From Haliotis cracherodii (lineage: Eukaryota): DNA of 64,000 nt. Location: the NCBI RefSeq assembly GCF_022045235.1, contig NW_027266286.1, positions 71,610,001 through 71,674,000 of the forward strand, written 5' to 3'. The notes under the pieces are model-generated. The model searched no databases. It was not told where the DNA came from and was given only the letters and a program-made list of their open reading frames with translations. Position 1 is the first letter of the stretch, and every line of letters starts with the position of its first letter. Of the stretch, positions 53,015 through 64,000 are shown piece by piece. Position numbers and translations under genes: made by a program.

Positions 53015-56000
53015 TACAAAATCCTTTGGAATAGGCCCGTATTCAGCCTCGGACATATCCAGGCAAACAAACCTGATCTTGTCCTTTTTGATAAGTCCAA
53101 TGAAATTATTTATATCATTGAATGTTCTCGCTTTCGAAATGTCACGCTTGCATCCCAAGTCCCAAGTTGTCCGACTCCCCATTGTTCTCGGTGCCTTAGG
53201 TTTGGTACCTCCCTATCTGTTGACTGACATTGGGAGAGTACCCGGGTTTGCTAAAGGGAATACAGCCCTTCTGACAATGTTTGGGATTCTTCTCTCCGAA
53301 AAGTTCTGGGTGGGTTTGACTAGGCAGCACTTAACAGCGCTGTCTGGGCTGCGTGTGGAGGGGGTAAGGGCCCTGAGCTGTTGATGAGCCTGACTGTGCC
53401 AGGATCACCCAAACCCTCTTTGCTGCATTTTTTTGTTTTAATCTGTAAATAATAATGATAATAATAATCATAATAGGCTATTTATATTGCGCACATTTCC
53501 ACAAAGCTCTATTATTATTACAAATTTTTAATGTGGTTTCCGTAAAAAAAGAAGTACTACTGATCATTTAGTACTATTAGAATCCTTTGTTAAAAATGCT
53601 ATAGCATAACAACACGTAATATCAGTTTTCTTTGATCTTGAGAAAGTCTATGATACTACCTGGAACCAAGACACTTTAAAGTAATTACATGATTGCGTCT
53701 TGAGAGGTCGTGTACCTCATTTTACATCACAGTTTTTAACAGCCAAGCAATTGAAAGTCCGAGTGGGTACAAGCCTGTCTGATCCTTATTATCAGGATCA
53801 GGGTGCCCCACAATGCAGTATTGTGACTGTCACTTTACTATTAAAATAAATAGTTTTTCAAAGGGTTTTTTAAGTGATTCAGTAGATGGATCACTTTTCG
53901 TGGATGATCTTAATATTTCTTTTCGTGGTAAAAATATGTATACCACAGAAAGGCAGTTACAACTTAAACTAAATTCTCAATAAAATTCACAAGTGGTCCC
54001 TTGAAACTCAAAAACTTATTGTATTTATTTCTGCAAAACATATAAACCACATAAGGACCGTGAACTAGTTTTTAGTGGTGCGCCTATCAAAGTGGTGAAG
54101 TTTTGGGGACTTTTGGGGCTCTATCTAACTTTCGTACCGCATATAATACCTTTAAGGTAAATGTCTGAAGGCACTCGATTTGTTGAAAGTAGTTTCTAAT
54201 TCAAAGTTGGGAGAGGATCAGACAACCCTTTTACACGTGCACAGGTCACCGACCCGTTCCAAACTTGATTACGGCTCCATCGTCTATTGTGGATCATGTA
54301 AAAGTAATTTACAAAAAGGAGATACTATCTACCATGGAGGTCTGAGGATTTGCCTTGGAGCCTTTATGCTTCTTTAATTCATAGTCTGTATGTGGAAGCG
54401 GATGAGCCTTACACAGTGCTGTCTACAATTATCATTTCAATATGACATCAATCAAATCCTGTTTTTGATTGTGTTTTTAATCCTCTTTATGAAAACATTT
54501 ACAATAAAAAATCATCTCTGCTTCCACCACTTGGAATAAGAATAACATTTTATCGAATACTAAACTTTTAGCTATAGCTCCCAGCAAACTTTTGTCATCG
54601 CCTACTAAGCAAATGGTAAAGCCAGAGGTGGAACTTACTTAACTAAACGTAAGAAATCAGAAACAAACCAACTCATTTACCAACAACAACATAATCAATT
54701 AAGAAACACTTATGACACTTACAATTCTATATTTAGAGATGGATCTAATGATGGTGGCGCAGCTGCTAGTACTACTATCACTGGATCAAGAACAATATGT
54801 TCAGATTTCCATTTTCACAGCTGAAGCAAATGCTATTTTAACAGCTCTGAAGTATATCTATAACCAATCTAAATATAAACAAGTTATATTTATTCGGATT
54901 TTCTGTCGGGCCTTCAGGCTATTAAAACGTCATGTAAGCATCCACTCATACTCAACATTTTTAGTTACGAAATGATCTTGCCACTGGCCACTATGACATC
55001 GTATTTTTGTTGGTTACCAAGCCATGTTGGAGTCACTGCTAACACAATGGCCGATGCTCCTGCAATGGCAGCACTCCACAAATCCGTAACGCCAATTCTT
55101 ATCCATACAGTGATCATAAAACTGTAAACAGACGTCAAACATCAAAGATCTCATGCGAAAAGAAGTCGGACACCCAAGTAGGTATCAATAAATGACATGA
55201 AATTGAACCAAATATCGGTTGCACTTATTGGGTTGTCAGTCCAGATTTGAAGAGGTCATTCTAACACGTATTTGCCATTCCCGAGTAGTAGTTATTCCCA
55301 TGAGTAGTTATTGAAAGGCGAGGATCCTCAGTGCTGTATCCCTTGTGATGAAAGAATCACGGTCAAATATGTCCTGCTTGACTGTATTGATTTTGCCATC
55401 ACAAGGTATATTACAAAATACAAAATATTACAAATATATTTACTGACGTAAGTTTTCATTTAATCTTACGTTTTTTAAAAGAAATTGAACTGATACATTT
55501 GGCTGTAACTTAAATTGGTAGTGTCTAATTGTTGACTGAGATAGTGTGTGGCATGGTTAAAATACTTTTAAACATATATTCCCCCGAGAGGGTATCGTAT
55601 GACCATGTCATTCAGAGTATGTTATTCCTATCATAGCTTTTATCGTGGAATATGTGTTCTTTTAAATTACGGATTAAGTTGCAAATAATCGCTAACACCT
55701 GAAGGGATGGTGTTAATCAATCCAGCTTGAGTCCATGCAGGTAGCAAAGGTACCGAAAGTCCTCATGGACCCCACCATGGAGATCTACCATCAGTTGCTG
55801 ACGATCTATAGCCCGTTTTCAAAATGTGTTGTTATTCTTGTGATATATTTTCATGGTTATATACTAGTTTTAAATAAAAGCTGTGAAAGGTCTAGTCATT
55901 TGACTCTCACTCACTCACTCACACTCCTGTCTGTTTATGTGAATGTTAAGTGCATGAGTCAAATTTTGATCAAGTCAAACTCCCCTGGTACAAGATGCTG

Positions 56001-56439
56001 CTGCACCATTGTCTCAAACCTCTAGGTACTACCCCTCAGACATTAATGACCAGTTGTTCGAGTTCATTGATGACTGCTTCAATTCTTCAATCGTATTGTC
56101 TCAGCTGATAAAACCCATCTCTTTCTTGAAGTCGCAAGAGATATCTTGAACAGTTCGCATATTGAAAGGAAATAAATATATAGATAAATCTTATCCTTTG
56201 CTCAAAGTCTGGTAGCTCATGGTTCTTATCTTAAACAATTCATATCAAATAAATCCAAACTTGCAGATGGTCCCTGAATCAGGAGACAACACCTGTGGCC
56301 GGAGAGTAATCATATTATCAAGGGTTACGTCACTTTCTTCTGGGATAGAATGAGCCATCCAAATCTCGTAGAGCACATAATGCAATATTGGTTGAATCTG
56401 ATTTGTCCTTCAAAGAGCAATAATTGCCAAAAACAGCTT

Positions 56440-56960
56440 TTGAAGCCAATGCTGTTGAGAATTTCTTTGACGAAACTAAATCACAGTGATTAATGTATAT
56501 TATGACCATATGAAATTACCCGAGGGTGGTAATTAGCCCTATTTTGTTTGTGGCGATGTTAAATGTTACAGTGTTTTGTGAAGAAGTAATAAAGCAGAAT
56601 ACAATGGAACAGTTGTTGAAAATATTTTAGATGAATCAGACCTGGTGATTTTAAAAATTACCCGAATGGATTTGGGAAGATGGGTGTTTTCTCCCTTGCA
56701 CCTATTGATGATATCGTCACCTTTAGCTTCTAAAGTGGGATGTATTCCAGGACGATGCTTTAGGTAGTGACCACTTCCCCGTATTCACTGAAATTCGAAT
56801 CATTCCACTTTGATCATCTAATGTACATATTCTTCAATGGAAATTTAAAACTTTTACTATTTCTAATCGTGAGTCACACATTACATTGTAAGTAATAATC
56901 GAAGACGTTCATGTTTCAAATGGTATCTTTACTGCACAAATTATTGAAATTTCCCGGGCT
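56440..56960 (+). mobile_element. Decayed LINE endonuclease fragment
   Basis: GSDHFP motif at ~56763-56780; broken frames. Confidence 0.5.
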
Positions 56961-58573
56961 ACTATTGGAAAAAAACAAAGTTTCGAGGTGAGGTGAAGTG
57001 AAATGGGGTTTAACGTCGCGTCCAAGATTATCGCACTTATATAGCGACGTGCATGCACGTGGGTGTGTACGCGTGTGTGGCTACTTGTACTAGTCCGGAT
57101 TTATAGTGCCAGCACACTGAGATGTCATGCTGCAGTTTAACATGAATATTCCACTCTGACACAGTATACTGACTCCAAGCCGACCAGTCCTTGTTTTAGC
57201 CCCTTAATGCCGAGCGCCAGACGGGTAACAACAAGTACCATCTTTTAACGTCTTTTGGTATGACGCTCTACCACTAGACCACGGAGACGGACCCAAAGTG
57301 TAAGTGAAAGGTGTAAGTGAAAAGGCAGACAAAGCAAAGACACAAGCCTGCAAAAGGGTTGTCATACTCCACTCCCTGGTTGTGTTCAGAAAGAGACGTG
57401 CCGAGATCCACAATGTCGTTCGTGGGGCAAAACGCCTCAGATTATTATTTAAAGTATAAGTAGATTACCGCCATTACCTTCTGTTTGGTTAGAATCAAAA
57501 GTATAAGCGATACACACACCCGGTGCCCTATATCTTTTTTAGGCCTAGACGGCAGTAGAGTTGGCAACTTTCAGAAGACTAATACACTAACTGAACATTT
57601 TACCACTTCGGTGAAACCCACGAGCACGGGTATGGTTCTGACAAACCTAGAAACATAATCGGGGCGAACCGGGGTTCGGACCCACAATCATAGGTTTCTG
57701 GCGTGCCCAAGGGACGCAACTCTGCATAGCGAATCTGGGCGCCTTCGACGACCCGTGCCCCCTAATCACATCAGACTACATTTAAAAGTGCAGGAAAGAC
57801 AGCACATTTTCTCTAACTAGACTTTTGGGCCCAACATATTTAAGTTTCAATTTTAGACTTCGTGTCTGTGTCGGGATTTTTTATATAATAAAGCAGACTA
57901 ACATATTTATACATTGTGTTTTGACTTTTAACCCATCACCACTTACTTTTCAGAAATGAAATAATGTTTACTTTATAAAATAGATAATAAAGCAGATAAG
58001 TTAATCGTTGCATTTTCATTGCCTACTTTGCTCTTGTTTAAATCCATTTGATGAGTTGGACACACATATTCTCTTAATGGCCCAACTAATCATAAACCTT
58101 AATCAATACCATTACAATCAACAGACTCGCTGAAGTTGCCTGCTGTTCAAATCTGACCACGACAGAACGTAGATTTACTAGTATTTCTATCAATGAAATT
58201 ATTTACAACAATAATTACACATAAAAATGTGTGCTATATATCGTCAAAACAATTCTGCTCAAATCAAAATCAAAATGCTGCACGTTTGGTGGAATTGATA
58301 TCTGAGTTAACACATCGTTTCAATTTGTGAATCGCCACGTAACAATATTTCCAAAACAATTTTTTTTAAATAATAGAAAACCTGAAGTGCATTTGTCTTT
58401 CCTCATTCGTCAAAAGTGTTTCAAATTTTGCAGTTTATCTGATTCTTTGATTGTTAAAGGTTACTTGAGATATTAATTGCATTATATTTGCATCCTACTC
58501 CAGTAAACTAAATCGTATGTATGTGTTTTTCATGAATGTCGGATATAAGGGTCAGCCTCACTGAGATATAGAC

Positions 58574-61281
58574 CGGCAGCCCAGAGCACTTTGGTCAAAC
58601 GAACAAGGTACCAATATCCGAACACAGGAACATTTACTGTGTAACCCAACATATTCATATATGGATGTCTGCCGGGGAGCCCCTGCTGCGTGTGGCCCCT
58701 GGCCCCCCAAAAGAAGGGGCCATTCAAGGGCTGGATCAAACATTGGAGGTACCACATGAAAGTAAGTGTAAATGAACTGGTACATCTCACAGAGTACAGA
58801 ATGGGCCACGCCAGACAAATCTTCCTCTGCAAAAGTCCTGCCAGACACCCCCAAAGAGGGTCCCCAAAGAGGGTCCCCAAATTTGGGCTGGGTTAAACAT
58901 TGGAGGTACCACATGAAATCAACATAAAATGAACTATTTCACTCTACTAAGAATAAAAAACCCATTGCCAGACAAATCGTCTGCTGCAAAAGGCCCGCCA
59001 GACACCCCCAAATGTTGACCCTTAATGCACTCAGTGAACACAGACGAATGCAGTCAGAGACCATCCTCGGAGTGGCAGGCCACGCGTAACCAATAATCGA
59101 CAAGACAACTGGATTCGAAGAGCACACCTACAAAATCGATTCTATCCAGCAACAGTGACTGCAAGAAGCATCCCTGGCCTTCGACGATTATCTTCACAAA
59201 CCGTACATCTCCGCCTCAGATGTGCAGGGATTGTCTTCATTGTGTCATGGAAGAAGATCGGTTCTGGGGCGGCAGCGTTTTGGTATCGGGTCAGATTACA
59301 GCAAGACAGAGGACCCGTTTGATAGTGGTAGAGGGAAATCTCAATGGACAGCGCTACCGCGACGAGATCATCGGACCTGTTGTTCTACCGTTTTGGAGTC
59401 GTCATGGCCCAGGCATTACCTTTCAACATGACAACGCCCGGCCTCATATTGCTCGACTTGTTCAGGATCTCTTCAACAAAAACAACGTGAATGTCATCCC
59501 CTGGCCGGCTCACTCCCCTGATCTATCAGCAATCAAGGACATGTGGGATGAGATGGATCGGGGCCTTCGACGTCAACCACGTGTTCCACAGACACTCCTG
59601 GAACTTCGAAACATGCTCCAGCAGATATGGACAGATATCCCACAGAACTTTGTGCGACGCCTGGTCCATTCCATGAGACGAAGATGTGTTGCTTGCATCG
59701 CAGCCAGAGGCGGTCACACTCGCTATTGATTTGTAAATTGACATTTTGGCGTGTTCATGTTTTTTCAATGAAATCACGCATTTTCCGAAGTCAGTATGAC
59801 AAATTAAAACAATTTGAACACTTACAGGAGTCTTTTATCTGTTGCAAGCCGAAATTGTTTCAGATTTGGTAAAAACATAACTTTGCATTAAATCTTATTC
59901 AATGTCACAGGATCTTTTGTTGTTCAGTATATAAAAATCATGGCACATAGCATCATATGCCCATCTGGCTTGTAGGAATCCATAGCCAAGCTATCAGGCT
60001 GTAGCTTTGAGGACTTCATAGCTGATCAGATATATATTCACAAGATTCAGATTCATGCCTTTTTCATTACATTTCAACGATAGGCCTAATCTATGATATC
60101 AATACTAGTATTCAAAGACCTGATTTTATAAATACGTGATTTTAATCTCAATAAAATCCTTCCATCTTTAAGAACAAAACATAAATTTGACCATCTGTTG
60201 ACTCTCAGAGCTGATGTCCAATGTTTCATTATGCACACTGGGATTACAGAGGGTCAACTGTGTGGGGTGGGGTGAGGGTGTGTCTAGCGGTCTTTATGCA
60301 GAAGAGGATTTGTCTGGCAATGGGTATTTTGTAATGAGTAGAGTGTAATAGTTCATTTTATGTTGGTTCCATGTGATACCTCCAATGTTTAAGCCTTATA
60401 CAGAGGAAGATTTGTCTGGTGTGGCCCATTCTGTACTCTGTGATATGAACCTGTTCATTCAAACGTACCTTAATGTGGTACAATCGATATATATTCCACA
60501 CCAATTTTACCCGTGTATACCTGAAGGGTCAACTTTTTGTGGGTGTCTGGCGGGCCTTATGCAGAAGATGATTTGTCTGGCAATGGGTATTGTGCAATAA
60601 GTAGAGTGCAATTGTTCATTTTATGTTGGTTTCATGTGGTACCTCCAATGTTTAACCCAGCCGAAATTTTGGGACCCTCTCTGGGGGGTCTGGCGGACCT
60701 TATGCAGAGGAAAATTTGTCAGGTATGGGCCGTGTTGTACTCAGTAACATGTACCTGTTCACCTAAACTTACTTTCATCTGGTACTTTGAATGTATACTC
60801 TAGTCAAATTTTACCAGAGTGTTCACTGAGTGCATTAAGGGTCAACATTTGGGGGTGTCTGGCGGGCCTTTTGCAGCAGACGATTTGTCTGGCAATGGGT
60901 TTTTTATTCTTAGTAGAGTGAAATAGTTCATTTTATGTTGATTTCATGTGGTACCTCCAATGTTTAACCCAGCCCAAATTTGGGGACCCTCTTTGGGGGT
61001 GTCTGGCAGGACTTTTGCAGAGGAAGATTTGTCTGGCGTGGCCCATTCTGCACTCTGTGAGATGTACCAGTTCATTTACACTTACTTTCATGTGGTACCT
61101 CCAATGTTTGATCCAGCCCTTGAACGGCCCCTTCTTTTGGGGGGGGGGGGGGCCAGGGGCCAGACGCAGCAGGGGCTCCCCGGCAGACATCCATATATGA
61201 ATATGTTGGGTTACACAGTAAATGTTCCTGTGTTCGGATATTGGTACCTTGTTCGTTTGACCAAAGTGCTCTGGGCTGCCG
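58574..61281. repeat. ~465-bp inverted repeat (58574-59041 and 60819-61281), with diverged tandem units at 60250-60830
   Basis: The arms are near-perfect reverse complements; ORF translations on opposite strands are nearly identical. Confidence 0.9.
59042..59930 (+). mobile_element. Internally deleted Tc1/mariner transposon
   Basis: DHPRSGRPRVT; ORF 59220-59729 with GGSVLV..FQHDNARPH..WPAHSPDLSAI..GGHTRY. Confidence 0.85.
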
Positions 61282-63514
61282 CTCTAATAGCTCTAGGCTG
61301 TTTCAATGTTCGTCGGAATTGCACAAACTTTCTGAATACATTGAACTTAGAGGAACTGCCGTCATATAGCTGAGTATGGCGTTAAACAACAAACAAACAA
61401 AACATACCGCTGTCAAATAGCTGGAATATTGCTGAGTACGGCGTAAAAAATCGAGTCTGACGATGACATGCTTCAACCAAGTCCGCGAACCTGACCACCC
61501 GATCCTTCTCGTCGCCTCTTACAACAAGCATAGTCGCCGTTTACGGCAAGCAATGGTTTTCTAACGTAACAAAGCATGTTACCAACACTGACAAACACCT
61601 TCAGTGAATTCTACTTATTTAATTAGTAACCGACCAGAAGGTTGGCAAACAACGAATTCATTGTCGTGCCTGGTAGATCGCAGGGGACAGCAGTGGAGAG
61701 AAGGGGTATCATATATCAGTTTCAGCACCAAGATCACGTGACATTGTTCACTTCCCCTTGATCACGCTCGCCATTTTGAGAAAACAAGATGATTATGAGT
61801 CAAGGGTGTTATGTATATATTGGCTTTGTAACGTTGTTTGTGTTGATTTCTCGTGACTGAGAAAATTATAAACTTTATAGCTTGTACTCAATGAAGAAGG
61901 GAGGTTAGTTGAGTTTGCCAGTGCAAAACAGGACTTGTATTTCTTACTTAACTGCCATTAACATTTTGTAGTATTGTGTAACTTAACTTAAACCATGGCT
62001 CCTTTGTCTTTGGCCGGGTATCAACTGAGTAAATTGTCAGTCAAACACCACTTGGCAATGGCAATGGCGGAACATTTATGACATTATAAGCCAATTCTGG
62101 TGCCTGAGAATGTATGATTTGGCCATGCTTACCTAGCTGTGACATGTTCATTTGTTTGTAATTAACATTTATGAAACGACTTTTAGAGAATTCTGGTATC
62201 GACTTGTCACATGAGCAACACGTGTGTCCACGGGAGCGTAGTCAATTTTATCGTCATGGCCTCAGCGTGCATATCACCCTGTGACAGGCCAAATATGTTT
62301 GCCCAAATTCTGTGCCCCGCCTACTTGTCTCAAACGCGTTTTGTAAGTAAGTTCAACTTATCCTGGATTGTCAGTAGGTGCTTAGGTTCTTAAAATGAAT
62401 GTTAGCCATGGCTTAAATAGGTTAGACCACTCGGAGTTCTGTGGTTGGTCTTTGAAATTGCGTTAAACTGACCATTTCAACGATAAAACATCATATGTTT
62501 TTTCCCACCTATATTGTTTGTGTCATTGTTATTTACTTGGATTTTAGCAAATTATCAACAGCGAGCGCGGAATTACCAAGAAATGAGGATTTATATAAAT
62601 GTACAGTAAAACTCACGACAGGCATAGTAAATATACTATTGTGGTTATGACGAGAAGATTAGTAAATATCACTTATTAAATTAGCGGAATTTACCAGTAG
62701 TTCTTTGAAAGATGGATAGTCACATCAAATGATTAGTAAATTTACTAATCTACGATCGGCCATCTACTAGTCTAATTAGCAAACATTTACTAACTGTAGT
62801 GAAGTTTACTCACATTTTGGTGTCTGGGTGGACAGTGAAATTCACTAAGTTAGTAAACTATTTCTGTCAGTTCACGGTGAGGTGTACGTATTTGTCATTA
62901 TTTTAATAACCCTTTACCATCTAACTGACTGTATAGTTCGTCACCATGTTGGGCACCTCGCACTATGAATGAAAAACAAGGGACATGGTGATTTTAAAAC
63001 TTGATCCACATATTTATCCCTTAATGGTGTATGCCAAGTTTCAGCGCTGTATATGGTTCATGGCGGTTTTCGAGATAATCTGTACAGTTAAACAATGGCC
63101 AAAAGCATAAGGCAAAGACCACAACCATGTAGAATAGTAATTACCGATGCCGGGTTGATCTACATAAATGTCAAGTGTTTGAGTGGCATTTAGAAGTGAT
63201 ATACATAAGAGAGCGAATTAATGTCAACTTCTTTATTATGATGAACACAACGCTCCGGAGTATATGCTTACTCCTTCATCTGGTGAATGAGTTCAACGTT
63301 GGCACAGAATTTAATACTGATAAAAAGCAAGGTTGGGCTCAATCATCCGTAACCGTCAGCATGCGGTGACTGTACAGTGAAAGTGTAATGTAACTCCCCT
63401 ACAGCAAGACTAACATTTGAGTGAGATTGGAAAGTACCTTCAACCATCCCCGAATGAATCATCATTTGACCTTCATCTGATCTGAATGATTCACCGGTTT
63501 TGATTCGCCGCTCC

Positions 63515-63970
63515 GTTACCCATCTCCTTTGTGATTTGATCCTCCATAACGAATCTCCCTCTGATTTGATCCCCTATGACCCATCTCCCTCTGAATTGAT
63601 CCTCCACAACCCATCTCCCTCTGATTTGATCCTCCATAACCCATCTCCCTCTGATTTGATCCTCCATAACGAATCTCCCTCTGATTTGATCCCCTATGAC
63701 CCATCTCCCTCTGAATTGATCCTCCACAACCCATCTCCCTCTGATTTGATCCTCCATAACCCATCTCCCTCTGATTTGATCCTCCACAACCCATCTCCCT
63801 CCGATTGGATCCTCCATAAACCATCTCCCTCTGATTTGATCCTCCATAACCCATCTCCCTCTGTTTTGATCCCCAATAACCTATCTCTCTCTGATTTGAT
63901 CCTTCATCATCCACCTCCATCTGATTTGATCCTCCATACCCCATCTCCCTCTGATTTGATCCTCCATCAC
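63515..63970. repeat. 30-bp tandem repeat, ~15 units
   Basis: Unit ccatctccctctgatttgatcctccataac. Confidence 0.92.
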
Positions 63971-64000
63971 CTCTGCCAGCAATTTGCTCCTTGATAACCC

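Larger units (their letters stand above)
49960..53470 (+). mobile_element. RLE-type (R4/Dong-like) LINE fragment, split by a Tc1 element at 50881-53014
   Basis: SELNARNKVKA.NTFAV.VLSYSFGVV.W..RLYLP..GGGGL; GCPALAQTQYLKRHD; resumes YKILWNRP..KPDLVLFDK; (TAA)n tail. Confidence 0.78.
49380..55500 (+). mobile_element. Decayed I-group-like LINE (endonuclease-RT-RNase H) hosting nested insertions
   Basis: CLQET endonuclease motif at ~49470; RT remnants (FFDLEKVYDTTW, GAPQ.S, LFVDD, RSKLDYGSIVY); RNase H remnants (SIFTAEA.AI..AL, WLPSHVG). Confidence 0.75.

Overview
AT-rich animal genomic DNA with N gaps. The SINE families and gene content suggest a gastropod mollusc, possibly Haliotis (inference). 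Bases ~3,900-47,800 hold a head-to-tail minus-strand cluster of eight PHYHIP/PHYHIPL-like genes: six apparently intact, two pseudogenes, plus relics. Each has a 25-34 nt coding exon 1 (MAEGG/MAVGG/MARGG/MAEGS, phase-1 GT donor) spliced to one large exon carrying only the PHYHIP C-terminal domain (LYRNKP...KDNGG..CPING.L.G.FF...SPFG..R...LYFADFYC...HYVTLVL...EV.YT...CxxC), with no FN3 domain. Five copies have an ISRE/IRF element beside a GAS or GAS-like element ~115-250 bp upstream of the ATG, and two carry a conserved tandem GAS pair in intron 1. A ~10.5 kb tandem duplication arose by unequal crossover inside exon 2. The two newest paralogs differ in the domain only by amino-acid-changing substitutions (manual comparison). 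Together this suggests an expanded, fast-evolving, JAK-STAT/IRF-inducible immune effector family, possibly with an ADP-ribosyltransferase-like fold (inference). The rest is SINEs, decayed LINEs, Tc1/mariner elements (one four-level nest), satellites and a ~465 bp inverted repeat. No rRNA, true tRNA or CRISPR is present.
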